The notes under the pieces are model-generated. The model was not told the DNA's origin. It saw only the letters and a program-made list of their open reading frames with translations, and searched no databases. Shown piece by piece: positions 33,315 through 45,569 of a stretch of DNA of 64,000 nucleotides (positions are counted from its first letter, which is position 1; each line of letters begins with the position of its first letter). The position numbers and the translations under genes were made by a program. Source of the stretch: Escherichia coli. Its GTDB lineage: Bacteria; Pseudomonadota; Gammaproteobacteria; Enterobacterales; Enterobacteriaceae. The stretch lies in the NCBI RefSeq assembly GCF_044324875.1, contig NZ_CP172185.1; one strand, given 5' to 3'.

Positions 33315-34724
33315 ATGTCCGCTGAACACGTACTGACGATGCTGAACGAGCACGAAGTGAAGTTTGTTGATTTGCGCTTCACCGATACCAAAGGTAAAGA
33401 ACAGCACGTCACTATCCCTGCTCATCAGGTGAATGCTGAATTCTTCGAAGAAGGCAAAATGTTTGACGGCTCCTCGATTGGCGGCTGGAAAGGCATTAAC
33501 GAATCCGATATGGTGCTGATGCCAGACGCATCCACCGCAGTGATTGACCCGTTCTTCGCCGATTCTACCCTGATTATCCGTTGCGACATCCTTGAACCTG
33601 GCACCCTGCAAGGCTATGACCGTGACCCGCGCTCTATTGCGAAGCGCGCTGAAGATTACCTGCGTTCCACTGGCATTGCCGACACCGTACTGTTCGGGCC
33701 AGAACCTGAATTCTTCCTGTTCGATGACATCCGTTTCGGATCTTCTATCTCCGGTTCCCACGTTGCTATCGACGATATCGAAGGCGCATGGAACTCCTCC
33801 ACCCAATACGAAGGTGGTAACAAAGGTCACCGTCCGGCAGTGAAAGGCGGTTACTTCCCGGTTCCGCCGGTAGACTCTGCTCAGGATATTCGTTCTGAAA
33901 TGTGTCTGGTGATGGAACAGATGGGTCTGGTGGTTGAAGCCCATCACCACGAAGTAGCGACTGCTGGTCAGAACGAAGTGGCTACCCGCTTCAATACCAT
34001 GACCAAAAAAGCTGACGAAATTCAGATCTACAAATATGTTGTGCACAACGTAGCGCACCGCTTCGGTAAAACCGCGACCTTTATGCCAAAACCGATGTTC
34101 GGTGATAACGGCTCCGGTATGCACTGCCACATGTCGCTGTCTAAAAACGGCGTTAACCTGTTCGCAGGCGACAAATACGCAGGTCTGTCTGAGCAGGCGC
34201 TGTACTACATTGGCGGCGTAATCAAACACGCTAAAGCGATTAACGCCCTGGCAAACCCGACCACCAACTCTTACAAGCGTCTGGTCCCGGGCTACGAAGC
34301 ACCGGTAATGCTGGCTTACTCTGCGCGTAACCGTTCTGCGTCTATCCGTATTCCGGTGGTTTCTTCTCCGAAAGCACGTCGTATCGAAGTACGTTTCCCG
34401 GATCCGGCGGCTAACCCGTACCTGTGCTTTGCTGCCCTGCTGATGGCCGGTCTTGATGGTATCAAGAACAAGATCCATCCGGGCGAAGCCATGGACAAAA
34501 ACCTGTATGACCTGCCGCCGGAAGAAGCGAAAGAGATCCCACAGGTTGCTGGTTCTCTGGAAGAAGCACTGAACGAACTGGATCTGGACCGCGAGTTCCT
34601 GAAAGCCGGTGGCGTGTTCACTGATGAAGCGATCGATGCGTACATCGCTCTGCGTCGCGAAGAAGATGACCGCGTACGTATGACTCCGCATCCGGTAGAG
34701 TTTGAGCTGTACTACAGCGTCTAA
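33315..34724 (+). CDS. glnA: Glutamine synthetase
   Basis: 469-aa [34 protein letters not shown]... Confidence 0.96.
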
Positions 34725-34784
34725 TAGTTGAAGTTGTACTACCCGGCGCAACAACGCCGGGATTTAGTTGCCGTGGAAACTTTC

Positions 34785-34810
34785 AGCCCATCTCTGCATG
34801 GGCTTTTTTC
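34785..34810 (+). terminator. Rho-independent terminator after glnA
   Basis: AGCCCAT ctctgc ATGGGCT followed by TTTTTTC. Confidence 0.7.
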
Positions 34811-34897
34811 TCCGTCAATTCTCTGATGCTTCGCGCTTTTTATCCGTAAAAAGCTATAATGCACTAAAATGGTGCAACCTGTTCAGGAGACTGCTTT

Positions 34898-35947
34898 ATG
34901 GCAACAGGCACGCAGCCCGATGCTGGGCAGATCCTCAACTCGCTGATTAACAGTATTTTGTTAATCGATGACAACCTGGCGATCCATTACGCCAACCCCG
35001 CCGCGCAACAACTGCTCGCCCAAAGCTCCCGCAAATTGTTTGGTACGCCGTTACCGGAACTGTTGAGCTACTTCTCATTAAATATCGAGCTGATGCAAGA
35101 AAGTCTGGAGGCGGGGCAAGGCTTTACCGATAACGAAGTGACGCTGGTCATCGACGGGCGCTCGCATATCCTTTCTGTGACGGCCCAGCGTATGCCGGAC
35201 GGCATGATCCTGCTGGAGATGGCTCCGATGGATAACCAGCGCCGCTTAAGTCAGGAACAGCTACAGCACGCCCAGCAGGTTGCTGCCCGTGATTTAGTGC
35301 GCGGCCTGGCACATGAGATTAAAAATCCGCTTGGCGGTTTACGGGGCGCGGCGCAGCTGCTCAGCAAAGCATTACCTGACCCGTCACTACTCGAATATAC
35401 CAAAGTGATTATCGAACAGGCGGACCGGCTGCGAAATCTGGTCGACCGTCTGTTGGGGCCGCAGCTGCCCGGTACGCGCGTTACCGAAAGTATTCATAAA
35501 GTGGCTGAACGCGTGGTGACGCTGGTGTCGATGGAACTGCCGGACAACGTGCGGTTGATTCGTGATTACGACCCCAGCCTGCCGGAACTGGCGCACGACC
35601 CGGATCAAATTGAGCAAGTGCTCCTGAATATTGTGCGCAATGCGCTACAGGCGCTGGGGCCAGAGGGTGGTGAAATCATTCTGCGTACCCGCACAGCTTT
35701 CCAACTGACCTTACACGGCGAGCGTTATCGGCTGGCGGCGCGAATTGATGTGGAAGATAACGGGCCAGGTATTCCGCCTCATTTGCAGGATACGCTGTTT
35801 TACCCGATGGTCAGCGGCCGCGAAGGTGGCACCGGGCTTGGCTTATCCATCGCCCGTAATTTGATTGATCAGCATTCAGGCAAAATTGAATTTACCAGTT
35901 GGCCAGGTCATACCGAGTTCTCGGTTTACCTGCCTATCAGGAAATAA
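34898..35947 (+). CDS. glnL: Nitrogen regulation sensor kinase NtrB
   Basis: 349-aa ORF with histidine-kinase H-box HEIKNPL. Confidence 0.95.
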
Positions 35948-35958
35948 AGGTGACGTTT

Positions 35959-37368
35959 ATGCAACGAGGGATAGTCTGGGTAGTCGATGACGATAGTTCC
36001 ATCCGTTGGGTGCTTGAACGTGCGCTCGCTGGAGCGGGTTTAACCTGTACGACATTTGAGAACGGCGCGGAGGTACTGGAGGCGCTGGCGAGCAAAACGC
36101 CGGATGTGCTGCTTTCAGATATCCGTATGCCGGGAATGGACGGGCTGGCGCTGCTCAAGCAGATTAAACAGCGCCATCCGATGCTTCCGGTCATCATTAT
36201 GACCGCACATTCCGATCTGGATGCTGCCGTCAGCGCCTATCAACAAGGGGCGTTTGATTATCTGCCCAAACCGTTTGATATCGACGAAGCCGTGGCGCTG
36301 GTTGAGCGCGCCATCAGCCATTATCAGGAACAGCAGCAGCCGCGTAATGTTCAGCTTAACGGCCCAACGACCGATATCATCGGCGAAGCGCCAGCCATGC
36401 AGGACGTGTTCCGGATTATCGGTCGGCTTTCGCGTTCTTCTATTAGCGTGCTGATTAACGGCGAGTCCGGCACCGGTAAAGAACTGGTCGCTCATGCCCT
36501 TCATCGCCACAGCCCGCGAGCCAAAGCGCCATTTATCGCGCTCAATATGGCGGCTATCCCGAAGGATTTGATCGAATCCGAACTGTTTGGTCACGAGAAA
36601 GGCGCGTTTACCGGCGCGAATACCATTCGTCAGGGGCGTTTTGAACAGGCTGATGGTGGCACATTATTCCTCGATGAAATTGGCGATATGCCGCTGGATG
36701 TGCAGACGCGTTTGCTGCGCGTGCTGGCAGACGGTCAGTTTTATCGCGTTGGCGGCTATGCGCCGGTGAAAGTGGATGTGCGGATTATCGCTGCCACTCA
36801 CCAGAATCTTGAACAGCGGGTGCAGGAAGGTAAGTTCCGTGAGGATCTGTTCCACCGCCTGAACGTTATCCGCGTTCATCTGCCGCCGCTGCGTGAGCGT
36901 CGGGAAGATATTCCCCGCCTGGCGCGCCATTTTTTACAGGTTGCCGCGCGCGAACTGGGCGTAGAAGCGAAGTTGCTGCATCCGGAAACCGAAGCCGCGC
37001 TGACGCGTCTGGCGTGGCCAGGCAACGTGCGCCAGCTGGAAAACACCTGTCGCTGGCTAACGGTGATGGCCGCCGGGCAGGAAGTGTTGATTCAGGATTT
37101 GCCCGGTGAACTGTTTGAATCAAACGTACCGGAAAGCACTTCACACATGCAGCCGGACAGTTGGGCAACACTGTTAGCACAGTGGGCAGATCGGGCGCTG
37201 CGTTCCGGTCATCAAAACCTGCTTTCCGAAGCACAGCCAGAGCTGGAACGGACGTTACTGACCACCGCGCTGCGACATACGCAGGGGCATAAACAGGAAG
37301 CGGCGCGGCTACTCGGCTGGGGGCGTAACACTCTGACGCGGAAGTTAAAAGAGCTGGGGATGGAGTGA
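35959..37368 (+). CDS. glnG: Nitrogen regulation response regulator NtrC
   Basis: 469 aa from ATG 35959; receiver domain, sigma-54 AAA+ domain (GESGTGKE), C-terminal HTH. Confidence 0.95.
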   Translation: MQRGIVWVVDDDSSIRWVLERALAGAGLTCTTFENGAEVLEALASKTPDVLLSDIRMPGMDGLALLKQIKQRHPMLPVIIMTAHSDLDAAVSAYQQGAFDYLPKPFDIDEAVALVERAISHYQEQQQPRNVQLNGPTTDIIGEAPAMQDVFRIIGRLSRSSISVLINGESGTGKELVAHALHRHSPRAKAPFIALNMAAIPKDLIESELFGHEKGAFTGANTIRQGRFEQADGGTLFLDEIGDMPLDVQTRLLRVLADGQFYRVGGYAPVKVDVRIIAATHQNLEQRVQEGKFREDLFHRLNVIRVHLPPLRERREDIPRLARHFLQVAARELGVEAKLLHPETEAALTRLAWPGNVRQLENTCRWLTVMAAGQEVLIQDLPGELFESNVPESTSHMQPDSWATLLAQWADRALRSGHQNLLSEAQPELERTLLTTALRHTQGHKQEAARLLGWGRNTLTRKLKELGME

Positions 37369-37479
37369 TTCACGGCTTGTGTGTAAAGATTGATTATTGA
37401 GCGCAAATTGCTGGTATTTTGCGCTTTACTGTTCCGATAAGTTCAGTATGATCTTGCCCGGAAAACGGGGAGAGTCATT

Positions 37480-37590
37480 ATGCTGGAATCAATAATTAAT
37501 CTGGTATCGAGTGGCGCAGTTGACAGCCACACACCGCAAACTGCCGTTGCTGCCGTGCTGTGTGCCGCAATGATTGGGCTGTTTAGTTGA
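37480..37590 (+). CDS. yshB: Small membrane protein YshB (36 aa)
   Basis: ATG with GGGGAGAG RBS; MLESIINLVSSGAVDSHTPQTAVAAVLCAAMIGLFS. Confidence 0.7.
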   Translation: MLESIINLVSSGAVDSHTPQTAVAAVLCAAMIGLFS

Positions 37591-37624
37591 GTTTCAGATT
37601 GCTGATGAAGTGCTCTTTGTTCAT

Positions 37625-37713
37625 GCCGGATGCGGCGTGAACGCCTTATCCGGCCTACAAAAGCAATATTTTCAACAGGTTTTGTAGGCCTGATAAGCGT
37701 AGCGCATCAGGCA
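37625..37713. repeat. BIME (two inverted REP units) between yshB and hemN
   Basis: GCCGGATGCGGCGTGAACGCCTTATCCGGCCTACA and TGTAGGCCTGATAAGCGTAGCGCATCAGGCA. Confidence 0.75.
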
Positions 37714-37779
37714 ATCTTGTTCTCAGCACATTGATGGCGCTTTCGTTTTCTACTTTGTAAACGAAGCGCCATTCACTAT

Positions 37780-39153
37780 TTAAATCACCCGTGAGAACTG
37801 CTGCATCCGCGCTTTCTGGCGCAGATAGGTATCAAAGCACATGCAAATGTTGCGGATCAGCAAGCGACCTTTCGCCGTCACCTGAATCCCCTTCTCATCC
37901 ACATCCACCAGCCCATCTTTTGCTAACGGGGCGAGCAGCTTGAGATCTTCCGCAAAGTAATCAGCGAAGTGCAAATCCCACTGTTGCTCAATGGGAGCGT
38001 AATCCAGACGGAAGTTGCAGATGAGCGACTTAATCACATCGCGGCGAATACAGTCATCACGCGTTAGCGCAATACCACGCCACAGCGCATTGCCTTGTTC
38101 ATCCACTTGCTGATAGTACTGCTTCAACTCTTTCTGGTTCTGCGCGTAGCAGTCGCCAATCATGCTGATGGCGGAAACGCCCATCCCCAGCAGATCGGTA
38201 TCGCCCTGAGTGGTGTAGCCCTGGAAGTTACGGTGCAGCACGCCTTCACGCTGGGCCACCGCCAGCTCGTCATCCGGACGGGCAAAGTGATCCATACCGA
38301 TAAACTGATAGCCCGATTGCGTCAGGAAGGCGATGGTTTCCTGCAGGATATCGAGTTTTTGCTGCGGACTCGGCAGGTCAGCATCTTTGATTTTGCGCTG
38401 AGCAGCAAAAATGGTCGGCAGATGCGCGTAGTTAAAGACACTCAGACGATCGGGGTTCAGCTCCGCCACACGTTTCAGGGTAAAAGCGAAACTCTCCGGC
38501 GTTTGTTTCGGCAGGCCGTAAATCAGGTCGATGTTGGTGGAGGTAAAGCCAATCTCACGCGCATGGTTAAGCAGTGCAAAGATGAATTCTTCATCCTGCT
38601 CGCGGTTAACCAGACGTTGCACTTCTTTGTTGAAGTCCTGCACGCCCATGCTCAGGCGATTAAAGCCCTCGGCGCGTAAATGATCGAGTACATCCAGTTC
38701 GATTTCGCGCGGATCGACTTCGATCGAAATCTCCGCATCGGCATTGAACTGGAAGTTTTCGCGCAGCAGCTTCATCAGACGGCTGATTTGCGCTTTGTTC
38801 AGATACGTCGGCGTACCACCGCCCCAGTGCAGCTGGCTCACCTTGCGCCCGGCAAAAAGCGGTGCACGATGGACGATTTCTTGCTCCAGCGCGTCCAGAT
38901 ACTGATCGGCCTTGTGCTGCTGGCGAGTAACAATCTTATTGCAACCGCAGAAGTAACAAAGCTTATGGCAGAACGGGATATGTACGTAGAGAGATAATGG
39001 ACGCTCAGGATAGCGCGCCACGGCTTGTAAAAACGCCTGTTCGCCGAAGTCTTCTGAAAACTCCAGCGCGGTCGGGTACGAGGTGTATCGTGGCCCGGAA
39101 TAGTTATATTTCTGGATCAGGGCCAGATCCCAGTCGATTTGCTGTACAGACAT
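37780..39153 (-). CDS. hemN: Oxygen-independent coproporphyrinogen III oxidase (radical SAM)
   Basis: 457-aa product; CxxxCxxC motif (CHKLCYFCGC). Confidence 0.95.
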   Translation of the reverse strand: MSVQQIDWDLALIQKYNYSGPRYTSYPTALEFSEDFGEQAFLQAVARYPERPLSLYVHIPFCHKLCYFCGCNKIVTRQQHKADQYLDALEQEIVHRAPLFAGRKVSQLHWGGGTPTYLNKAQISRLMKLLRENFQFNADAEISIEVDPREIELDVLDHLRAEGFNRLSMGVQDFNKEVQRLVNREQDEEFIFALLNHAREIGFTSTNIDLIYGLPKQTPESFAFTLKRVAELNPDRLSVFNYAHLPTIFAAQRKIKDADLPSPQQKLDILQETIAFLTQSGYQFIGMDHFARPDDELAVAQREGVLHRNFQGYTTQGDTDLLGMGVSAISMIGDCYAQNQKELKQYYQQVDEQGNALWRGIALTRDDCIRRDVIKSLICNFRLDYAPIEQQWDLHFADYFAEDLKLLAPLAKDGLVDVDEKGIQVTAKGRLLIRNICMCFDTYLRQKARMQQFSRVI

Positions 39154-39341
39154 GCTCACTCCTTCCGATGGCGTCTCTGGCGGCTACGGCGTACCGGCGG
39201 ATGCCCGTTTCGGGTCATCAGCCGGTTGCGCAGCCACTTTTGTCGCCGCGACAACCGCTGTAGTTTAACGAATAACCACACCAGATAACATATAACCGGA
39301 AGGGTTATCAGCAGAACGGGAAGGCCCACGGCGGCAATCCG

Positions 39342-39851
39342 TTAGTTGCCCCGCAGCAGACGCATCATGTCTTCTTGCTTCTCGTCTTCTTCCTCTTCTT
39401 CGTCATCGTCATAAGAGAGGCCGAGTTTCTGCATCAACTCATCAATACGATCCAGTTTGGCATCCACCCAGGATTGCTCTTCGGCGCTCAGGGTTTCGCC
39501 TGCCTCCAGACGTTCCAGCAGCGCATCCAGACGCTCATCCGTTTCCAGTAACTCCAACTCCGCCTGCGGTGAAAGCATAGGTTTCTCACTCTTCGGTTTG
39601 TGCTGTTTGGTGACTTTTTCAGTCACGCCCAATGGAATAGGGGTTTTACTGCCAATACGTGGATCTTTCGGTGCGTTCTGGCCTTTACTGCCTGACGTGG
39701 TGTTACCGCCCGCTGCGCGGCTGCCCGGCGCATGACCACGACGTTTTTTCTGACGCTTACGGTCACGAGCTTCCTGATCCAGCTCCTCGCGTGTTTTTCG
39801 ACGCGCTTTTGCATGACCTTTGCTGCGTGAGTTTGAAGATGATGGTTTCAT
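39342..39851 (-). CDS. yihI: Der GTPase-activating protein YihI
   Basis: 169 aa from [19 protein letters not shown]...; highly basic N-terminus, acidic C-terminus. Confidence 0.85.
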   Translation of the reverse strand: MKPSSSNSRSKGHAKARRKTREELDQEARDRKRQKKRRGHAPGSRAAGGNTTSGSKGQNAPKDPRIGSKTPIPLGVTEKVTKQHKPKSEKPMLSPQAELELLETDERLDALLERLEAGETLSAEEQSWVDAKLDRIDELMQKLGLSYDDDEEEEEDEKQEDMMRLLRGN

Positions 39852-39916
39852 AATGGTTCGTCTTTTAGCCGTTTTATTCAGTATAGATTTGCGGCGGAAT
39901 CTAACAGAAAGCAAGC

Positions 39917-40162
39917 AAAGAAAAAAGGCGACAGATTACTCTGTCGCCTTTTTTCCTGACTCATAACCCTTAACGGGTCTTACAATCCTTGCAGGCCGCC
40001 AACACACCCTGTTTTTCCATTAGCCGGAACAATCCGTGTTGATTCCATTTCCGTTTAATTACGTCTCCGGACGTTTGTCTTCCTGACAATCCTCTGTCTT
40101 CGCCTCCTGGCGCTCCTGACCCTCATCCTGAGTCATTGTTCCTGTTAGCGTCCTCGCTCTAT
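39917..40162 (-). ncRNA. csrC: CsrC small RNA (CsrA-sequestering)
   Basis: Reverse complement matches recalled csrC from 5' ATAGAGCGAGGACGCTAACAGGAAC to terminator AGGCGACAGAGTAATCTGTCGCCTTTTTT; many GGA motifs; located between yihI and engB. Confidence 0.8.
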
Positions 40163-40432
40163 GGGTGCTACTTTACGCCTTTGCTTTAAACAAACAATCA
40201 ACCGCCATCAGTATTTGCACATTTTCAGAGTTTTATATAAAAGCAATTAACTGATTTATATAGCTTATTTGACATGCATCGCAGAATTTTCTCTGCTATT
40301 TCGCATAAAGACTATCGGCAATGTCTCACAAAGCGTATGGCTTTTACTTACAACGCTCACGCCGAAAAATCCGCCTTTTATTATGGTTCAGGTATAATCG
40401 CCGCAAAGCTTTGACTGACGGAGACGACCGCT

Positions 40433-41065
40433 TTGACTAATTTGAATTATCAACAGACGCATTTTGTGATGAGTGCGCCTGATATTCGCCACCTACCTTC
40501 CGATACCGGAATTGAAGTGGCTTTTGCAGGCCGTTCCAACGCAGGTAAATCCAGCGCGCTGAACACGCTGACTAACCAGAAAAGCCTGGCGCGGACCTCA
40601 AAAACCCCAGGGCGCACCCAGCTTATCAACCTGTTTGAAGTGGCTGACGGCAAGCGTCTGGTTGACCTGCCCGGCTATGGCTACGCGGAAGTCCCGGAAG
40701 AGATGAAGCGCAAATGGCAACGCGCGCTCGGCGAATACCTCGAAAAACGTCAGAGCCTGCAAGGTCTGGTGGTGCTAATGGATATTCGCCATCCGCTGAA
40801 AGATTTGGATCAGCAGATGATTGAGTGGGCGGTAGACAGCAATATCGCCGTGCTGGTGCTGCTGACCAAAGCGGACAAACTGGCAAGCGGCGCACGTAAA
40901 GCGCAATTGAATATGGTGCGTGAAGCGGTGCTGGCGTTTAACGGTGATGTGCAGGTTGAAACGTTCTCTTCACTGAAGAAACAAGGCGTGGACAAGCTGC
41001 GGCAGAAACTGGATACCTGGTTTAGCGAGATGCAGCCTGTAGAAGAAACGCAGGACGGCGAATAA
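40433..41065 (+). CDS. engB: Ribosome biogenesis GTPase EngB/YihA
   Basis: 210-aa ORF with G1 motif GRSNAGKSS. Confidence 0.92.
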
Positions 41066-41086
41066 TTTTCTTGCCTTAATGCTTGT

Positions 41087-41165
41087 GCCGGATGTGGCGT
41101 ATCCGGCCCGTAAATTCAATAGATTACACTTCTACCGTTGGCCTGATAAACAGGGCGCATCAGGC
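41087..41165. repeat. REP-like palindromic units between engB and spf
   Basis: TGCCGGATGTGGCGTATCCGGC and GCCTGATAAACAGGGCGCATCAGGC. Confidence 0.5.
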
Positions 41166-41190
41166 ATTACGGATCTTTTCTTTCGCCCAA

Positions 41191-41299
41191 TAAAAAACGC
41201 CCCAGTCATTACTGACTGGGGCGGCTAAAATATTCAGCCAAATCCGATTACGTGAAGTAAAAGGTCTGAAAGATAGAACATCTTACCTCTGTACCCTAC
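41191..41299 (-). ncRNA. spf: Spot 42 small RNA
   Basis: Reverse complement matches recalled 109-nt Spot 42 (GTAGGGTACAGAGGTAAGATGTTC...GCCCCAGTCAGTAATGACTGGGGCGTTTTTTA). Confidence 0.9.
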
Positions 41300-41446
41300 G
41301 CGACTAACTTTACTCTTTTTTGTTCAGTTCAGAAAGCATTTTTTGTAATTTTTTTTCAGTTGTTGCATAGGAATTTCTAATAGCCATCACAAAACGTGAC
41401 AGCTTATGTTGCTTACTTACGAAAAAAGGGCATGTTCAGGCGAATC

Positions 41447-44233
41447 TTAGTGCGCCTGATCCCAGTTTTCGCCACTCCCCACTTCCACCAGCAACGGCAC
41501 ATCCAGACGGGTACAGTTTTCCATCAGTTGATGAATCTGCTTCGCGACGGCATCGACATCATCTTTATGAACTTCAAATACCAGTTCATCGTGTACCTGC
41601 ATGATCATACGCACACGCGGTTGCTCAGCCTGTAGCCACGTATCAACGGCAATCATTGCCCGTTTGATAATGTCGGCGGCGGTTCCCTGCATTGGCGCGT
41701 TAATGGCTGCACGTTCAGCCGCTGCACGACGAGCACCATTGCTGGATTTGATATCCGGCAGATACAGACGGCGTCCGTCCAGCGTTTCAACGTAGCCCTG
41801 CTCTTTCGCCTGAGCACGGGTGCGTTCCATATACTCCAGCACGCCAGGGTAGCGTTCGAAGTAAAGGTCCATGTACTTCTGCGCTTCTTTACGTGGAATG
41901 TTCAATTGCCGCGCCAGACCGAAAGCACTCATGCCATAAATCAGACCAAAGTTGATCGCTTTCGCGCTACGGCGTTGCTCGCTGGTGACGGTTTCCAGTG
42001 GCAAACCAAACACTTCTGCCGCCGTTGCCCGGTGGATATCTTTTCCTTCCGCGAATGCGGTCAGCAAGCCTTTGTCACGCGAGAGATGCGCCATAATGCG
42101 CAGTTCAATCTGCGAGTAGTCCGCTGAGACAATCACATAATCCTCTGGCGCAATAAACGCCTGGCGGATACGACGACCTTCTTCGTTACGCACCGGAATG
42201 TTTTGCAGGTTAGGATCGGTTGACGATAAACGTCCCGTTGCAGTTACTGCCTGGTGATAAGAGGTATGCACACGCCCGGTTTTCGGGTTGATCATCAGCG
42301 GCAGCTTGTCGGTGTAAGTCGATTTCAGCTTCGCCAGACCACGATACTCCAGAATCACTTTTGGCAACGGATAGTCCAGCGCCAGTTCTTCCAGTACCTC
42401 TTCCGACGTTGACGGCGCGCCACCTGGCGTTTTCTTCAGCGGTTTAATGCCCTGTTTTTCAAACAGAATGGTTTGTAACTGCTTGGTGGAAGAAAGATTA
42501 AACTCCTCACCTGCAATTTCATGCGCTTTCTTTTCCAGCTCAACCAGACGAAGAGTGAGCTCTTCAGAATGATTGTGCAGCACTTTCGGATCGATCTTCA
42601 CACCGTTACGTTCAATGCGTGAAAGCACCGGCACTAGCGGCATTTCGATATTCTCGAAGACGTTCAACGGCCCTTTGTGTTTTTGCAGATCCGGCCACAT
42701 TTTCAGATGCAGCTGCAAGGTGACATCTGCATCTTCGGCGGCGTAACGTCCGGCCTCTTCCAGGGCAATCTGGTTAAAGGTCAGTTGATTTTTACCTTTA
42801 CCAGCAATCTCTTCAAAAGTGATGGTTTTGTGCTTCAACCAACGTTCCGCGAGGCTGTCCATATCGTGACGCCCGGCAACGCTATTGAGAATGTAGGACT
42901 CCAGCATGGTATCAAATGCAATCCCACGCAGCTCAATGCCGTAATTCGCCAGAATACCGCGATCGTATTTCAGGTTTTGCCCGACCTTCAGCGCCTTTTC
43001 ATCTTCCAGCAGCGGTTTTAGCAACTCGAGTGCACGCTCGCGAGAGATTTGATCGGGCGCATCAAGATAATCATGAGCAACCGGAATATATGCCGCTACG
43101 CCTGGCTCGATAGCAAAAGAAAGCCCGACCAGGTTAGCAGAGATGTTATCAAGGCTGTCGGTTTCGGTATCAAATGCAAATACCGGCGCTTTTTCCAGCT
43201 TCGCAATCCACGCTTTCAGTGTTTCTTCATCAAGGATGGTGACGTAGTTGTCATAAGAAATCACCGTTGCCGTCACTTCTGGTGCTTCGTCTGCAACACT
43301 GGTTTCCTGTGGCTTCGCGGCTGGTTTTGCCCCTTTGGCCTGTAACCATTTGCCCGCTTCGACATCAGCAGTCCAGCGTTTGAACTCATACTTTTTGAAC
43401 AGCCCCAACAACTCTTCCGCTGCCGGTTGCTGCACTTCCAGTTGTTCGCAGGTCAGCTCCAGTTCAACGTCGGTTTTAATCGTCGCCAGCTGGTATGAGA
43501 GATAAGCAACTTCTTTGTTTTGCTCGAGCTTCGCTGCCATTGTTTTCGCGCCACGGAAGCTCAACCCGGCAATTTTTTCTGGCTCGGCATACAGCGTATC
43601 CAGTCCGCCAAGACCTTGCAGCAATGCCTGTGCGGTTTTTTCACCGACGCCCGGTACGCCTGGAATGTTATCAGAGGAGTCACCCATCAGCGCCAGGAAG
43701 TCGATGATCAATTCTGGCGGCACGCCGTACTTATTCACCACCTCTTCCGGTCCGAGGATGGTATTCGTCATAGTGTTGATAAGCGTAATATTTGGCGTCA
43801 CCAGCTGCGCCATATCTTTATCGCCAGTGCTGATCAGCACCGGACGCCCGGCTTTTTCGGCTTCGCGCGCCAGAGTACCGATAACGTCGTCCGCTTCTAC
43901 GCCAGAAACCGCCAGCAGCGGCAGTCCCATCGCTTTAACCATCGCGTGCAAAGGTTCGATTTGTGCACGCAGATCGTCCGGCATTGGCGGGCGATGTGAT
44001 TTGTAATGTTCAAACAGTTCATCACGAAAGGTTTTTCCCTTGGCGTCAAAGACCACCGCTGCATGCGTCGGTTTATATTGCATGATCAGACTGCGCAGCA
44101 TGTTGAGGACACCATACATCGCACCGGTCGGCTCGCCTGCGCTGTTAGTCAGCGGGGGAAACGCGTGATATGCGCGATAAAGATAAGATGAACCATCTAC
44201 AAGGATAAGTGGATTTTGGGGGATCTGAACCAT
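41447..44233 (-). CDS. polA: DNA polymerase I
   Basis: 928-aa [28 protein letters not shown]... Confidence 0.96.
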   Translation of the reverse strand: MVQIPQNPLILVDGSSYLYRAYHAFPPLTNSAGEPTGAMYGVLNMLRSLIMQYKPTHAAVVFDAKGKTFRDELFEHYKSHRPPMPDDLRAQIEPLHAMVKAMGLPLLAVSGVEADDVIGTLAREAEKAGRPVLISTGDKDMAQLVTPNITLINTMTNTILGPEEVVNKYGVPPELIIDFLALMGDSSDNIPGVPGVGEKTAQALLQGLGGLDTLYAEPEKIAGLSFRGAKTMAAKLEQNKEVAYLSYQLATIKTDVELELTCEQLEVQQPAAEELLGLFKKYEFKRWTADVEAGKWLQAKGAKPAAKPQETSVADEAPEVTATVISYDNYVTILDEETLKAWIAKLEKAPVFAFDTETDSLDNISANLVGLSFAIEPGVAAYIPVAHDYLDAPDQISRERALELLKPLLEDEKALKVGQNLKYDRGILANYGIELRGIAFDTMLESYILNSVAGRHDMDSLAERWLKHKTITFEEIAGKGKNQLTFNQIALEEAGRYAAEDADVTLQLHLKMWPDLQKHKGPLNVFENIEMPLVPVLSRIERNGVKIDPKVLHNHSEELTLRLVELEKKAHEIAGEEFNLSSTKQLQTILFEKQGIKPLKKTPGGAPSTSEEVLEELALDYPLPKVILEYRGLAKLKSTYTDKLPLMINPKTGRVHTSYHQAVTATGRLSSTDPNLQNIPVRNEEGRRIRQAFIAPEDYVIVSADYSQIELRIMAHLSRDKGLLTAFAEGKDIHRATAAEVFGLPLETVTSEQRRSAKAINFGLIYGMSAFGLARQLNIPRKEAQKYMDLYFERYPGVLEYMERTRAQAKEQGYVETLDGRRLYLPDIKSSNGARRAAAERAAINAPMQGTAADIIKRAMIAVDTWLQAEQPRVRMIMQVHDELVFEVHKDDVDAVAKQIHQLMENCTRLDVPLLVEVGSGENWDQAH

Positions 44234-44596
44234 AATGTCCGTGCCTGTTTATCAGATTATGGGTAAAGGATGCCACAGACAGGATGAAAACATGAGTTTT
44301 TCACCGCTTTTCGTGAAAATCTTTTGTAGATCTTCTGGATCGCTCGCAAATCGTCATGTGGATAACTTTGTGCATAAATTATTTACATCGCTTTTAATTT
44401 ATTATCATGCTTTTTACAGCATGATGTTTGTCTTTGTTTTTCATGAAGTTAAAAATAAGACCATCCCTAATGATTGAGATAATGGGATTTTTTCTAATGT
44501 GGATAGATATGAATTATTTTTCTCCTTAAGGATCATCCGTTATTTGGGTCGTTTTCTGCTAAAATCTGCGCCTTGCGCTTCTTTAGCGCACTGTCT

Positions 44597-45529
44597 ATGG
44601 CTAACTTTTTGAATAAATTCATTATGACGAGAATACTCGCTGCGATAACCCTTTTGCTGAGTATCGTATTGACCATTTTGGTCACTATTTTTTGCTCCGT
44701 CCCGATCATCATTGCCGGGATTGTAAAACTATTGCTTCCTGTGCCAGTCATTTGGCGAAAGGTTTCGCGTTTTTGTGATTTTATGATGTATTGCTGGTGC
44801 GAAGGTCTGGCGGTATTACTGCATCTGAACCCACACCTGCAATGGGAAGTTCACGGGCTGGAAGGGTTAAGTAAGAAGAACTGGTATCTGCTTATTTGTA
44901 ACCACCGTAGTTGGGCAGATATTGTCGTACTGTGCGTGCTGTTTCGTAAGCACATTCCGATGAATAAATATTTCCTCAAGCAGCAACTGGCCTGGGTGCC
45001 TTTTCTTGGCCTGGCGTGCTGGGCGCTGGATATGCCGTTCATGAAGCGTTATTCCCGCGCTTATTTATTACGTCATCCGGAGCGACGTGGTAAAGATGTC
45101 GAAACCACTCGGCGTTCTTGTGAAAAGTTTCGCCTGCATCCCACCACCATTGTCAATTTCGTTGAAGGCTCCCGTTTCACGCAAGAAAAACATCAGCAAA
45201 CCCACTCCACTTTTCAAAACTTGTTGCCACCAAAGGCGGCAGGCATTGCGATGGCGCTAAATGTACTGGGTAAACAATTCGATAAACTGCTTAATGTTAC
45301 GCTGTGTTATCCGGACAATAACCGTCAGCCGTTCTTCGATATGTTAAGCGGTAAACTGACGCGAATTGTCGTACATGTGGATTTGCAGTCTATTTCCGAT
45401 GAGTTACATGGCGACTACATCAATGACAAAAGCTTTAAGCGCCATTTTCAGCAATGGCTGAACTCACTGTGGCAGGAAAAAGACCGGCTTCTGACGTCGT
45501 TGATGTCATCACAGCGGCAGGACAAGTAA
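44597..45529 (+). CDS. yihG: Acyltransferase YihG (PlsC-like)
   Basis: 310 aa from ATG 44597; HRSWAD acyltransferase motif. Confidence 0.85.
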   Translation: MANFLNKFIMTRILAAITLLLSIVLTILVTIFCSVPIIIAGIVKLLLPVPVIWRKVSRFCDFMMYCWCEGLAVLLHLNPHLQWEVHGLEGLSKKNWYLLICNHRSWADIVVLCVLFRKHIPMNKYFLKQQLAWVPFLGLACWALDMPFMKRYSRAYLLRHPERRGKDVETTRRSCEKFRLHPTTIVNFVEGSRFTQEKHQQTHSTFQNLLPPKAAGIAMALNVLGKQFDKLLNVTLCYPDNNRQPFFDMLSGKLTRIVVHVDLQSISDELHGDYINDKSFKRHFQQWLNSLWQEKDRLLTSLMSSQRQDK

Positions 45530-45569
45530 ATTTTGCTCGCCTCTGAATGAGCAGAGGCGAGTGAGTATT

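Noticed and set aside
33276-34754. 492-aa ORF antisense to glnA
   Set aside because: Overlaps glnA completely on the other strand; glnA identity is unambiguous.
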